This document shows, piece by piece, positions 10,286 to 20,667 of a DNA stretch of 64,000 nucleotides. The notes beneath the pieces are model-generated. The model was given only the letters and a program-made list of their open reading frames with translations, had not been told where the DNA came from and did no database searches. The position numbers and the translations under genes were made by a program. The DNA is taken from the NCBI GenBank assembly GCA_049968235.1, contig JBMFRC010000001.1, positions 224,001-288,000 on the forward strand, written 5' to 3'. This DNA comes from Candidatus Hydrogenedens sp. GTDB taxonomy: Bacteria; Hydrogenedentota; Hydrogenedentia; Hydrogenedentales; Hydrogenedentaceae. Each line of letters opens with the position of its first letter. Position 1 is the first letter of the stretch.

Positions 10286-11194
10286 TTATTCCGGGAAAGA
10301 TGTAAGAGATTTTTCGGCGGATTTTACAGTGTTTTTCATAAGCATGGCAATAGTCATAGGTCCAACCCCACCGGGAACCGGTGTAATGGCTCTTGCTTTT
10401 TTGGAAACACTGGGGAAATGAACATCACCCGTCAAACGATAACCTGATTTCCTGGTATTGTCAGGAATACGATTCATTCCCACATCAATAACCACACATC
10501 CTTCACTTACCATTCTACCTTGAATAAATTCGGGGACTCCCATCGCTGCAACCAGTATATCTGCACTTTGGGTAATGTTGCTTAAATTTCGTGTGTGCGA
10601 GTGACAAATCGTAACGGTAGCATCAGCACCTTCCGATTTTTGAACTAATAATGCAGATAAAGGCTTCCCTACAATATTGGAACGACCTACAATAACGACA
10701 TGCTTCCCCTGTATTTTATATCCATATCGTATAAGCAATTCCTGTATACCGGCAGGGGTACATGCCACAAAGCAGTCCTGCCCATTAAGCAATTTGCCCT
10801 TATTAACAGGATGAAATCCATCAACATCTTTACTCGGGTCAATTGCTTCCAGGATTTTTTCTTCATTGATATGTTTAGGCAGAGGGCTCTGGATAAGTAT
10901 TCCATGCACTTCTCTATTACAATTCAGTTTATCTACCAATTTAAGTAAATCTGACTCGGAAGTCTGTTGGGGCAAGTCGTATGCAAAGGAGCGAATTCCT
11001 AATTCTTCGCATGTTTTTCTTTTATTACGAACGTAAATCTGACTGGCAGGATTGTCTCCTACTAAAACTACTGCCAAACCGGGAATAACCCCTTTTTGTC
11101 TTAATCCTTCAATTCTATTTTTTAATTCTAACTTTATAATTTCGCTAAGTTTGACCCCATCTAATAATTTAGGTTTTCTGGGTGCAGGCATCAT
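10286..11194 (-). CDS. folD: Bifunctional 5,10-methylene-THF dehydrogenase / methenyl-THF cyclohydrolase
   Basis: Conserved FolD blocks: YVRNKRKTCEELGI, VVIVGRSNIVGKPLSALL and TPVPGGVGPMTIAMLM. Confidence 0.9.
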   Translation of the reverse strand: MMPAPRKPKLLDGVKLSEIIKLELKNRIEGLRQKGVIPGLAVVLVGDNPASQIYVRNKRKTCEELGIRSFAYDLPQQTSESDLLKLVDKLNCNREVHGILIQSPLPKHINEEKILEAIDPSKDVDGFHPVNKGKLLNGQDCFVACTPAGIQELLIRYGYKIQGKHVVIVGRSNIVGKPLSALLVQKSEGADATVTICHSHTRNLSNITQSADILVAAMGVPEFIQGRMVSEGCVVIDVGMNRIPDNTRKSGYRLTGDVHFPSVSKKARAITPVPGGVGPMTIAMLMKNTVKSAEKSLTSFPE

Positions 11195-11209
11195 TGTCTC
11201 CTTCTTTAT

Positions 11210-12667
11210 TTATATTCTGGACGCATTTAACGGGCGGACAACATTAAGTTCCTTAGCCGCTTTAACTTCATCTAACCGTTGAACGGGCGTAGTTACAGGT
11301 GCTTTTCTCAATTCATTCGGGTTGTTTTTTGCCAGTTCTGATAATTCCAGCATCGTATCACAAAACCGGTCCAGAGTTTCCTTTGTTTCTGTCTCTGTGG
11401 GTTCAATCATTAATGCTTCTTTTACAGTTAATGGGAAATAGACTGTTGGTGCATGAAATCCACGGTCAAGCAATGCTTTGGCAAAATCTAAAGCCCTTAT
11501 TTCCCAATCATGATAAGGCATAGCGGTAAGCACACATTCATGCATACATAAACGGTCATAAGCAGGTGGAAAAGCAGAACGAAGTCGTGATAACACATAA
11601 TTGGCATTGAGAACTGCCTTTCGGCTGACTTCCTTCAGTCCTTCATTCCCTTGCATCAAAATATAGACATAAGCACGTACTGCAACTACAAAATGACCCA
11701 AAAAGGGTGCCGACTTACCAATGCTATTTCTGGGGTATTCAAGGCTAAAACCATTACCGTCATTCTTTATTACTCTGGGACCCGGCAAGAACTCCATTAA
11801 TCGTTCATTAACTCCAACGGGACCCGAACCAGGACCACCCATTCCGTGAGGAGTTGCAAAAGTCTTATGAAGATTAAAATGCATCACATCAAACCCCAAA
11901 TCTCCGGGTCGGCATTGTCCTATAATAGCGTTTAGATTGGCACCATCGTAATAAAGCAGTGCATCGTGTTTATGAGCAAGGTCAGCAATCTCATGAATAT
12001 CTTTTTCAAATAAGCCATGTGTATTCGGGCAGGTCAACATAATACCAGCAACCTCATCGTTCATAACTTCACGGAAATGATTTAAATCTAAAGTCCCTTG
12101 TGAATTAGAGGGAACCTCCTGCACCTGAAAGCCCGCTATCGCCGCACTGGCAGGATTTGTCCCATGAGCAGAGTCGGGTATAAGTATTATTTTTTTGTGC
12201 GTATTTTTATGGTATTTATGATAAGCGGACATCATCAATACGCCGGTCAATTCCCCATGTGCCCCTGCCATAGGTTGGAGAGAAACAGCACACATACCTG
12301 AAATTTCACTTAATAATTGTTCCAGATGATACACCAATTCCAGAGCACCTTGAATACAGTCAAGATATACTTCCGAATAGAGTAATTGTGGATGTAATTG
12401 GGTAAATCCTGCAAGGGATGAAACTACATCTGCAATTTTAGGATTGTATTTCATTGTGCAGGAACCTAAGGGATAAAAGTTTGTATCTATCCCCATATTT
12501 CTCTGTGAGAGATGTGTAAAATGACGGACAACATCCAATTCTGAAACTTCAGGAAGTTCTGCGGATTTTTGTCGCTTTAATTCTTGAGGAAATGGAACAT
12601 TCAGTTCCTTTTTGTTGCGAAAAGAGAACGCCTGCCGATGATTGCATTTTTCATAAATCAAATCCAT
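11210..12667 (-). CDS. gcvPB: Glycine dehydrogenase (decarboxylating) subunit 2
   Basis: PLP-lysine region NLHKTFATPHGMGGPG. Length and order match gcvPB. Confidence 0.9.
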   Translation of the reverse strand: MDLIYEKCNHRQAFSFRNKKELNVPFPQELKRQKSAELPEVSELDVVRHFTHLSQRNMGIDTNFYPLGSCTMKYNPKIADVVSSLAGFTQLHPQLLYSEVYLDCIQGALELVYHLEQLLSEISGMCAVSLQPMAGAHGELTGVLMMSAYHKYHKNTHKKIILIPDSAHGTNPASAAIAGFQVQEVPSNSQGTLDLNHFREVMNDEVAGIMLTCPNTHGLFEKDIHEIADLAHKHDALLYYDGANLNAIIGQCRPGDLGFDVMHFNLHKTFATPHGMGGPGSGPVGVNERLMEFLPGPRVIKNDGNGFSLEYPRNSIGKSAPFLGHFVVAVRAYVYILMQGNEGLKEVSRKAVLNANYVLSRLRSAFPPAYDRLCMHECVLTAMPYHDWEIRALDFAKALLDRGFHAPTVYFPLTVKEALMIEPTETETKETLDRFCDTMLELSELAKNNPNELRKAPVTTPVQRLDEVKAAKELNVVRPLNASRI

Positions 12668-12680
12668 ACAATAATTACTC

Positions 12681-14017
12681 CTATGAAATATTTATCTGAA
12701 TAAGTTCGGCGAGCCTGTCTAATTCTTTTTGTGTCCTTTTCTCCGTTACCGCTATAAGCAAATCGCCCTCTTCTCCATAACTATTTCCATTTATATCTTT
12801 ATAAGTCATTTGTTGTTTACAATGTTTTAATAAAGGTTTCAAAGGTATACCGGGCAATATCCCGCTTTCCTTAATTTTTGCAATAACTTTTTCCGCCGGG
12901 ATAGGAAGACGTACAACAAATTCATTGAAAGTAGGTTGAGAATTTACTATCGGTACAAATACACTTAATTTCTTTTTCAGATATTCTGTTTTGGAGTAGC
13001 AATCCTGAGCCACTTCTATCAATCCCTGCTTTCCTACTTCACATAGATAAATCAAAGCACGCAAAGCACATAATGCTTGATTGGAACACACATTTGACAT
13101 GGCTTTTTCGCGTCGGATATGTTGTTCCCTTGCCTGTAAAGTGAGAACAAAACCGCGTTTCCCTTGTTTATCAACTGTCATCGCACATATACGCCCGGGC
13201 ATCTTTCGGATATACTCCTTCTTTGCTGTAAACAATCCTAAATAAGGCCCTCCAAACCCTAAGGGTAATCCTAAACTCTGTCCCTCACCCACAGCAATAT
13301 CTGCCTCCATCTCACCGGGTGTCTTCATAATGCCTAGGGCAATAGGATAAAATTGGATTATCATAAGGGCAGATGCGGAATGGCATTTCTGGGCAAGGGC
13401 AGTGAAATCATGTATGTTTCCAAAAAAATCAGGCGTCGCACCAACAACACAAGCACAACCTTCAGGTTCATCTCCATATTCTAATTCCAATTCAAGGTTT
13501 GCCGTGTGGGTGCGTATCATCTGTTCGTAAATGGGATTTAACCCCGGTATGATTTTTACTTTTCGTTTGCCGGTAACACGAACTGCAAGCATAATTGCTT
13601 CAAATAGGGCTGTTCCGCCGTCATACAAAGAAGCATTTGCTACTTCCATATCTGTCAACCGGCACAAAGCAGTCTGATATTCATAAATGGCTTGAAGTGT
13701 TCCCTGTGAACATTCCGGCTGATAGGGAGTATAGGCTGTAGAAAATTCTCCCCGTTGAGCAAGGTAATCAACTACCGCAGGGATATAGTGGTCATAAAAA
13801 CCACCACCGATAAAAGAAATACAATCCGTCTCATTTTTTTTACTTAATACTTCCAGATGTTGATATGCTTCTATTTCTGATAAACCTTCGGGGATGTTCC
13901 AGGATTGTAATCTAAGGGATGGAGGTATATCTTCAAATAATGAATCAACCGACGAAACACCAATGGTTTGCAACATTTCTTGTTCATCTTTTTGAGTTAC
14001 AGGAATCCACGCCATAA
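12681..14017 (-). CDS. gcvPA: Glycine dehydrogenase (decarboxylating) subunit 1
   Basis: I trimmed the start to MAWIPVTQKDEQEMLQTIGVSS… (ATG at 14015), which is typical of the GcvPA N-terminus. The tracked ORF began 13 codons earlier. Confidence 0.88.
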
Positions 14018-14109
14018 TATATTCCTCAAACCATATTAACTTTAATAAAAACAAATTTCCTTCTGGATGAAAATATCAAGATTCAAATGTGATAATTTTA
14101 AACAACAGA

Positions 14110-14490
14110 TTATAATGATTTGAGATATTTCTCGTATGCTTCACGGTTCATCAATCGGCGATACTGAGCGATGTCAATATCATCCATCTTGAAGCACCAA
14201 CCTTTACCATAGGGGTCAAGATTAATGAGTTCAGGTTCCCCTTCTAATGCCTCATTAACCTCTACGATTACACCTGTAACAGGGGCATAAATATCCTCTG
14301 CCGCCTTTACAGATTCTACCTGTGCCACAGGTTCCTTTTGTCGAACATGTCTGCCCACTTCGGGTAATTCGACATAAGTAACATCGCCCAATTGCTCCTG
14401 TGCATACTCCGAGATACCTACAATATACAATCCATCTTCTTCCCCAATCCATTCATGATTTTCTGTATAGCGAACATCCTCTGGATACAT
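14110..14490 (-). CDS. gcvH: Glycine cleavage system H protein
   Basis: Lipoyl-lysine motif (…AQVESVKAAEDIYAPVTG). 126 aa. Confidence 0.9.
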   Translation of the reverse strand: MYPEDVRYTENHEWIGEEDGLYIVGISEYAQEQLGDVTYVELPEVGRHVRQKEPVAQVESVKAAEDIYAPVTGVIVEVNEALEGEPELINLDPYGKGWCFKMDDIDIAQYRRLMNREAYEKYLKSL

Positions 14491-14553
14491 AGCATGTTCT
14501 CCTTATTTGTTGTTTGGGGCGTTAAATTTTTTTACATTTACACAACACATTTA

Positions 14554-15639
14554 TTATAAGACCTTTTTTCGGGCAGTTCCGTTTGGATAAATGGGGACAT
14601 TACATACCTCAACCTGTAAAGGACGTCCTGCAACCTGCAGAACTGTTCCGGGGATAGCGACCTGTTTATCTAACATAGCTAAACCGACACCAACTCCAAC
14701 ACTGGGGCCATAGGTACCACTGGTAACCTCTCCTACCTCGCTACCTTGAAAGACAAGTTTCTGATTGTGCCGGGGTGCCTGTCGCGTATGCGTTTTTATT
14801 CCCATTAGAACACGATAGTCGCCCCTGTTTTTTTGTTGCAAAAGAAAATCTTTGCCAATAAAATCGTGTTCCCAATCAATGAATCGGTCCATAGAAGCCA
14901 TTAATGGAGTTGTGCCGGGAAGGATATCCTGCCCATTTAAGGGATAACCCATCTCTGTTCGTAATGTATCACGGGCTCCCAGTCCACACGGCTTTACCTC
15001 TGAATGGGATACTAACTTTTCCCAGATGTCAGCACCTATGGATAGGGGAAGATAAAGTTCATAACCTAACTCGCCGGTATAGCCTGCACGTGTTATTATG
15101 ATATTTTCATCTTTCCATTTTAATCTCCCACCTGTCCAATACTTTAATTCTTTAATTTGTGAATTGAAATCTGATTGAAGCAGAACATCTAAGCTTTTAG
15201 GTCCCTGAATATCTATTTTCACAGTGCGTTGACTAATATCTTCTGCATGAACATCAGAATTACATAATAAAGCAGATACCTCTTCTAAAGGTCCCGCATT
15301 AGTTATCACAAATAAAGTTTCATCATCTAATTTAATCCCCACACAGTCATCAAGGATAGAACCGTCAGGGTTTAATAGTGCAGTATATCGGCATTTTCCT
15401 ACAGGAAGAGGTAAAAAATCACCACAAGTGAGAAATGAAAAATGAGCAATTTTATCCCGACCATGGATAATAAATTCTCCCATGTGAGAACAATCAAAAA
15501 TACCCGCGTGGGAACGGACATGTAGGTGTTCCGCAATAATTCCTTCAAATTGAATGGGTAAATACCAGCCATGAAAATCTACAAACCGCCCGCCTGATTT
15601 TTCACAACACTCAAAAAGTGGAGTCTTCTTCAAATCCAA
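14554..15639 (-). CDS. gcvT: Aminomethyltransferase (glycine cleavage T protein)
   Basis: The full-length GcvT fold is recognisable. The start is TTG, preceded by AGGAGA 6 nt upstream. Confidence 0.9.
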   Translation of the reverse strand: MDLKKTPLFECCEKSGGRFVDFHGWYLPIQFEGIIAEHLHVRSHAGIFDCSHMGEFIIHGRDKIAHFSFLTCGDFLPLPVGKCRYTALLNPDGSILDDCVGIKLDDETLFVITNAGPLEEVSALLCNSDVHAEDISQRTVKIDIQGPKSLDVLLQSDFNSQIKELKYWTGGRLKWKDENIIITRAGYTGELGYELYLPLSIGADIWEKLVSHSEVKPCGLGARDTLRTEMGYPLNGQDILPGTTPLMASMDRFIDWEHDFIGKDFLLQQKNRGDYRVLMGIKTHTRQAPRHNQKLVFQGSEVGEVTSGTYGPSVGVGVGLAMLDKQVAIPGTVLQVAGRPLQVEVCNVPIYPNGTARKKVL

Positions 15640-15699
15640 TGAACTTCTCCTATGAGTGACAACACATTTAATTATATGTTATTATGGTATTCAATTATG

Positions 15700-15800
15700 A
15701 TTAAATAAACGAATTTTACGCCCAGGCGAACGGCGCCTTTTATGGTTTTGTCGCTCCCTTGTGGTTTATTCCACTTAAATCGCCAGTTGCGACACATAAA
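15700..15800 (-). promoter_or_regulatory. GC-rich structured 5' leader of gcvT, candidate (single-aptamer?) glycine riboswitch
   Basis: The minus-strand RNA is …CAACUGGCGAUUUAAGUGGAAUAAACCACAAGGGAGCGACAAAACCAUAAAAGGCGCCGUUCGCCUGGGCGUAAAAUUCG…. It contains a P2-like hairpin GUGG…CCAC, then AAGGGAGC (compare CGAAGGAGCAA), then GGCGCCG…CGCC, then CUGGGCGUAAAA (compare CUCAGGCAAAAGGAC). This GC-rich island lies 80-160 nt upstream of a gcv operon in an otherwise AT-rich spacer. Confidence 0.35.
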
Positions 15801-15990
15801 CATAATCTATTATATCAAAATATAACCTTAAACTTCAAGAATTAGTTCTCATAACAAAATTTTATAGTGAAAAAATATAAAATTAAAGTTTTATATGGCA
15901 AATAATTTTATAAAAAATCTTTAAATCTTATAAAAAGCAGGATTTACGGATAATCAAAGAATACTCTATCTAATTTAATAAGAGGAAGTT

Positions 15991-16752
15991 ATGATTAAAC
16001 AACAAGAAAAGAATAATAACCATAACCCTGAAATGGATTTACGACAAAGGGGAGAAATTTTCCGACTGTTTAATCGAATTGCTCGTAAATATGATATAAC
16101 AAACCATTTATTATCTTTTGGTCAGGATGCTCATTGGCGAAGGGAACTTGTTCGTCAAATTCAGATAGAAAAAGGACAGGATTTTTTTTTATTAGACCTT
16201 GCAACAGGGACAGGAGAGGTTATAAAAACTTTTCGAGAATTCTTTCCTGATTTGGGTTGTGTTATTGGAATAGACCTTTCCGTAGGGATGATACGGGAAG
16301 GGATGGAGAAACTTCCGAATAATACACAGAAGCACTTATTTGCTGTTATGGATGTTCTATATCCGGGCATCAAATCCGAGACCATCAATGTAGTAACAAT
16401 GGCTTTCGGAATACGCAATGTATCAGAAGTTTCTCTGTCATTGAAAGAAATCTACCGTGTATTGAAACCCGGAGGACAGGTATTAATTCTTGAATTTGGT
16501 CTTCCCCAAAAAGGGTTATGGAGAACGATATACCTATTTTACTTGCGATATTTGCTCCCATATATAGGTGGTTTCTGGACAGGTTGCCCTTCTGCATACC
16601 GATATTTAAGCGAAACAATATGCAAATTTCCTTCTCATAATCACTTTTCTTTATTATTAGAAGAAGTAGGTTTTACAAATGCAAAATGGACAGAATTCAA
16701 CCGCGGTGCTGTATTGTTATACACTGCCAGTAAACCCGGTAAAAGCGAATAA
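15991..16752 (+). CDS. ubiE: Demethylmenaquinone / ubiquinone-menaquinone biosynthesis C-methyltransferase
   Basis: FNRIARKYDITNHLLSFGQDAHWRR matches the UbiE/MenG N-terminal signature. SAM motif I LDLATGTGEV. Post-I motif LKPGG. Confidence 0.8.
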   Translation: MIKQQEKNNNHNPEMDLRQRGEIFRLFNRIARKYDITNHLLSFGQDAHWRRELVRQIQIEKGQDFFLLDLATGTGEVIKTFREFFPDLGCVIGIDLSVGMIREGMEKLPNNTQKHLFAVMDVLYPGIKSETINVVTMAFGIRNVSEVSLSLKEIYRVLKPGGQVLILEFGLPQKGLWRTIYLFYLRYLLPYIGGFWTGCPSAYRYLSETICKFPSHNHFSLLLEEVGFTNAKWTEFNRGAVLLYTASKPGKSE

Positions 16753-16928
16753 CTACATATTAAAATTTCTAAATAAACACATCATCTTTTAGAAAACTGT
16801 TCCCAATTTACTCGATAATAAAATGGATAATATTACAACATTTATCCTCCTGACGCATATAAATTGATTTCTTTTATAATTAATTAGGTACAATTTCTGA
16901 ATTACTTCGCAAAAAAATCTTTGTTAAT

Positions 16929-17684
16929 TTAGAATTTTGGCGTTTCTATAGATAAAAATGGCAATAACTCCTGTCGTGTTTCCTCAATGGTATGTAATTT
17001 CCCGTTATGTGCACATAAGAAATCCTGACATTTCTTAAAATAATCTGGATTTTCAATATAATTATTAATCAAATTTACTTGTTTTTTTGCATCATAAATC
17101 AACTCATGTGCAATATTCCCTTGAGAGAAATATACCTTATCTATTCTTCTTCGGTATCCTGAAAGAACACGGATATAGAACATTAAATTAATTCGACGAA
17201 AATAACCATCAGGAACCCGATTTTGAATACATATCTGGTCATATGCTTCGTCTATATCATCCGCATGGAGATTGGTAGCAAGAATATGACCGTAATCTAA
17301 TAGTACAAAATAGTTTTGCAATGCGGAACCCCAGAGGTATGCAAACCAATGTCCTGCTCCAATCTCATGACATATATAACATTTTTTCTTATTAGTAATC
17401 CCCTGTTTTATTCCTTGTTTAATTTCTTGTTCTGAGGCAGATACAAGTTGGACATCTATCGGAACAAAATTCAGTAAAGCACCCATTATTGTTGTTTTTC
17501 CTGCTCCCCCCGGATTGGCGCCTACAAGGAACGATGCCCCCTGACTAATTCGATAAAGGGCAAAACTGGCTAATTCTATATTTAGTGTTTCTCGTTCTAA
17601 CAGGTCAAAAATGGAGAACATTCGTCCTCCTCGTTGATTACACCGATTAATTTCATTACAATGCAAAATAACTTCTGCTTGCAT
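16929..17684 (-). CDS. Hypothetical P-loop NTPase
   Basis: Walker A GANPGGAGKTT and a downstream hydrophobic-Asp segment (VLLDYGH). The ATG is preceded by GAGG. The family is not recognised. The motif spacing is reminiscent of a truncated CpaF/GspE-type ATPase. Confidence 0.45.
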   Translation of the reverse strand: MQAEVILHCNEINRCNQRGGRMFSIFDLLERETLNIELASFALYRISQGASFLVGANPGGAGKTTIMGALLNFVPIDVQLVSASEQEIKQGIKQGITNKKKCYICHEIGAGHWFAYLWGSALQNYFVLLDYGHILATNLHADDIDEAYDQICIQNRVPDGYFRRINLMFYIRVLSGYRRRIDKVYFSQGNIAHELIYDAKKQVNLINNYIENPDYFKKCQDFLCAHNGKLHTIEETRQELLPFLSIETPKF

Positions 17685-17933
17685 AATAACCTCTTCTATC
17701 TATATCTATGTTTATTTTTCAGGATATTTTACTAAAATTTAATATCATGTTAATGATTTCTTAAAAAACTATAACAGAATAACTTTTAAAATACCTTATT
17801 TTTTTAGAATAAATTATGAAAAGAAAAAAGTTTCAACAAAAGAGGTTTTATCATATTTTTGTTTTTATCAGCTATAATTTATTATTTTATTATTATTCTA
17901 TTTTTATTAACATTAAAATAAGGATTAACTAAA

Positions 17934-19727
17934 GTGAAAAATTCTATGCTATTTAAAGGTTTTCAAGGAAAACTATTGTTCGGAGTAATTTTAACATACA
18001 TAATATTAATTATTATTCAGAGTATCTTGTTCTTTTACGGTAAAAATTTGGCTGAGTCTCTTTCAAAAAATATAAATACATCGGCAGAGGCGAGTCACCA
18101 ATTTAACGAGTTCTGGACAGTAATAGATAGTTTTATATCTAATAGGACTCCGATTTCAGAAATAGAAAACAAAAAAGAACTTATAATAAAAAATGATTTC
18201 TTCATCCCTTTCAAGAAAGAAATTGAAGATATACTACAACTCTGTTCGGAAATTGACACAATACGGAATAATAATTTACAGATAAAAGCTGATGTCAAGA
18301 AAACGGCTGATGAAAATATATTGCAATCTGATACTTACATTAATGAAGTGGTAAAAAGACTTACAGACCCGGCAGAAGAAGGTAAAGTAACCACATTAGA
18401 AAAGTTGGTTATTGTTGGGGCTTTAATAAATACAACCACTAATTACAAATTACTCAATATATCCGAAAGATTATCTTATGACTTTACCGCCCGAGAAGAG
18501 ATTATGAACTTTTTCAAAGTTTTGTTTGAAAATGTGGATAGAGATATAGAGAGATTAAAGAATACAGATTTTGCACAACTACCTGTAAATGCCAAAAAAG
18601 CAGGATTATTAATGAATGAACTAACGGTCAAATATATTGGTAATTTAGAAATTTTAGACCAGAAAATATCTTCCTTAAATCTCATAGGTCGAGATACTTT
18701 TACAAAAATTGAATCTGCTCCTATTCAGTTGGGGAAAGAGAGTATGCTAAAAATCATTAGAACTACGAGAAATAATATTATAATAAGCGTAAGTATCATT
18801 CTTATATCCGCTTTCATTATTTTGTATGTTATTCGAAAAGTAGCAAAAGATATATATGAAATTACAGATACTCTTCGGGAATCTGCATTATCTGTTTTAT
18901 CCGTGGTTCAGGAGTTAACAGGAGGAAGTCAAATCCTTGCGGAATCTACTTCTGAACAGGCAGCATCCATTGAAGAAATAACCTCTACACTCGAAGAACT
19001 TTCCTCTATCGGGAAGAAAAGTGCAGACAATTCTTTCAAAGCAAATCAAATAATCCAGAACGAATTAGTAGAGATTAAAAAAGTGGAAGATTCCATTAAG
19101 AGTTTGAGCACATATATGAAAGAAGTGGAGAATGTCAGTTTTGAGACATCTAAGGTTATAAAAACAATTGATGAGATTGCATTTCAGACAAATCTTCTTG
19201 CATTAAATGCGGCTGTTGAAGCGGCAAGAGCGGGTGAAGCAGGTGCAGGTTTTGCCGTAGTTGCAGATGAAGTTCGACATTTAGCAATGAAGGCTGGTGA
19301 GGCGGCTCAATTAACATCATCTCTTATTGGACAGACTGTAGATAAAGTTAAACAAGGTAGTGCCATTACCAATAATGCATCTGAAAATTTCCAAAAAATG
19401 GTGGAAGGGGTTCTTGTGGCTTCAAATATAATGGAAGAAATAACAAATACTTCCGCATCTGCCTCTAACGGGATTGCTCAGGTCACGAAGGCAATAACAG
19501 AAATTGATAAAGGGACACAGCAAAATGCCGGTGTTGCAGAAGAAAGTTCTTCAACGGTTGAGAACTTAAAATCAGAAGTTCAGATACTCTACCAATCTAT
19601 GGGAAAACTGGCACAATTAATAGGTCAAAAAATAGAACAAAAACAATCTGTCAATATTAAAAGAAAAACTTCCTCATCAACTATCGATGCTTTGATTTCT
19701 CTACCTAAAAATGACACGAGTAAATAG
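17934..19727 (+). CDS. Methyl-accepting chemotaxis protein
   Basis: N-terminal TM segment, a second TM near residue 285, and the highly conserved MCP signalling domain (…[37 protein letters not shown]…). Confidence 0.85.
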   Translation: MKNSMLFKGFQGKLLFGVILTYIILIIIQSILFFYGKNLAESLSKNINTSAEASHQFNEFWTVIDSFISNRTPISEIENKKELIIKNDFFIPFKKEIEDILQLCSEIDTIRNNNLQIKADVKKTADENILQSDTYINEVVKRLTDPAEEGKVTTLEKLVIVGALINTTTNYKLLNISERLSYDFTAREEIMNFFKVLFENVDRDIERLKNTDFAQLPVNAKKAGLLMNELTVKYIGNLEILDQKISSLNLIGRDTFTKIESAPIQLGKESMLKIIRTTRNNIIISVSIILISAFIILYVIRKVAKDIYEITDTLRESALSVLSVVQELTGGSQILAESTSEQAASIEEITSTLEELSSIGKKSADNSFKANQIIQNELVEIKKVEDSIKSLSTYMKEVENVSFETSKVIKTIDEIAFQTNLLALNAAVEAARAGEAGAGFAVVADEVRHLAMKAGEAAQLTSSLIGQTVDKVKQGSAITNNASENFQKMVEGVLVASNIMEEITNTSASASNGIAQVTKAITEIDKGTQQNAGVAEESSSTVENLKSEVQILYQSMGKLAQLIGQKIEQKQSVNIKRKTSSSTIDALISLPKNDTSK

Positions 19728-19838
19728 CACAATATCCTTCGATTTTTTTTCGTAAAGAATGGTTTCTGTCCTATAGTCCTGATTATTTCTCTGATACAAT
19801 AGAAATATCCAGTGTTAATTACAATAAAGTGCTTTTAT

Positions 19839-20585
19839 ATGGGTTTCAATCGTATTGCTAAGTTTTATCCACTGCTATTTGATGAAAAGGCTCGATTAAC
19901 ACGAGAAGGCCCCTTGTTGCTGGAAATCCTAAAACAATATAGACGACCTGTACATGTGTTAGACCTTGCCTGTGGTTCGGGTGTACATTCTCGATTCTTT
20001 GCAGAACAGGGAGCAGATGTTATCGGGGTAGATGTTAGTCCTGACATGTTAAAATATGCAAAAAAGCAAAGCCAATCGGAAAGTATTCATTATATTGTAG
20101 GCAATATTGTTAAATTACCCCTTATCGGGCATTGGGATTTTATTCTATGTCTTGGCAATTCTCTATGTCTGTTGCCTGACAGGAAACATGTCTATGATTT
20201 CTTTGCTCAAATAAAAAACTTACTATCATCTCATGGAACATTTATTTTACAAATTCTCAATTACAGTCATCCCGATATAAAAGAAATACAAACAAAATGT
20301 ATGCAAAAAGAAATAGATGGTAAAAAAGTAACTATTATCAAGACATTAACCCCGGACAATGATGTAGTTTTCCTTTCTATTAATTATTTTGCCCAGGTTC
20401 AAGGGAAGTATGAATTATTCAGTGAATCAAATATATTATTAAAACTTTCATTATCCGAATTGTTAAATTACTCTAATGAAGTTGGTTTATCCGTTCTATC
20501 TACTTATGGAGATTTTCAAAAATCAACTTTTAATTCCACAACGAGTAAGGATGTAATAATTATTTTTTCCAGGAAATTCTATTGA
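19839..20585 (+). CDS. Class I SAM-dependent methyltransferase
   Basis: Motif I VLDLACGSGVHSRFF, post-I DVIGVDVSPDM, and a conserved acidic/aromatic region. The start may instead be GTG 19812. Confidence 0.7.
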   Translation: MGFNRIAKFYPLLFDEKARLTREGPLLLEILKQYRRPVHVLDLACGSGVHSRFFAEQGADVIGVDVSPDMLKYAKKQSQSESIHYIVGNIVKLPLIGHWDFILCLGNSLCLLPDRKHVYDFFAQIKNLLSSHGTFILQILNYSHPDIKEIQTKCMQKEIDGKKVTIIKTLTPDNDVVFLSINYFAQVQGKYELFSESNILLKLSLSELLNYSNEVGLSVLSTYGDFQKSTFNSTTSKDVIIIFSRKFY

Positions 20586-20667
20586 AAAAGTGAATTTATT
20601 TTAATTGTTTTTGATATACTACTTTCTTTAATAAATAGCAAAGTGAAGTAATAAAAGGAAATAGCCT

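Noticed and set aside
14255-14452. 65-aa Cys/Arg/Gly-rich ORF inside gcvH (same strand, other frame)
   Set aside because: It is wholly embedded in a conserved gene. The composition reflects an off-frame reading.
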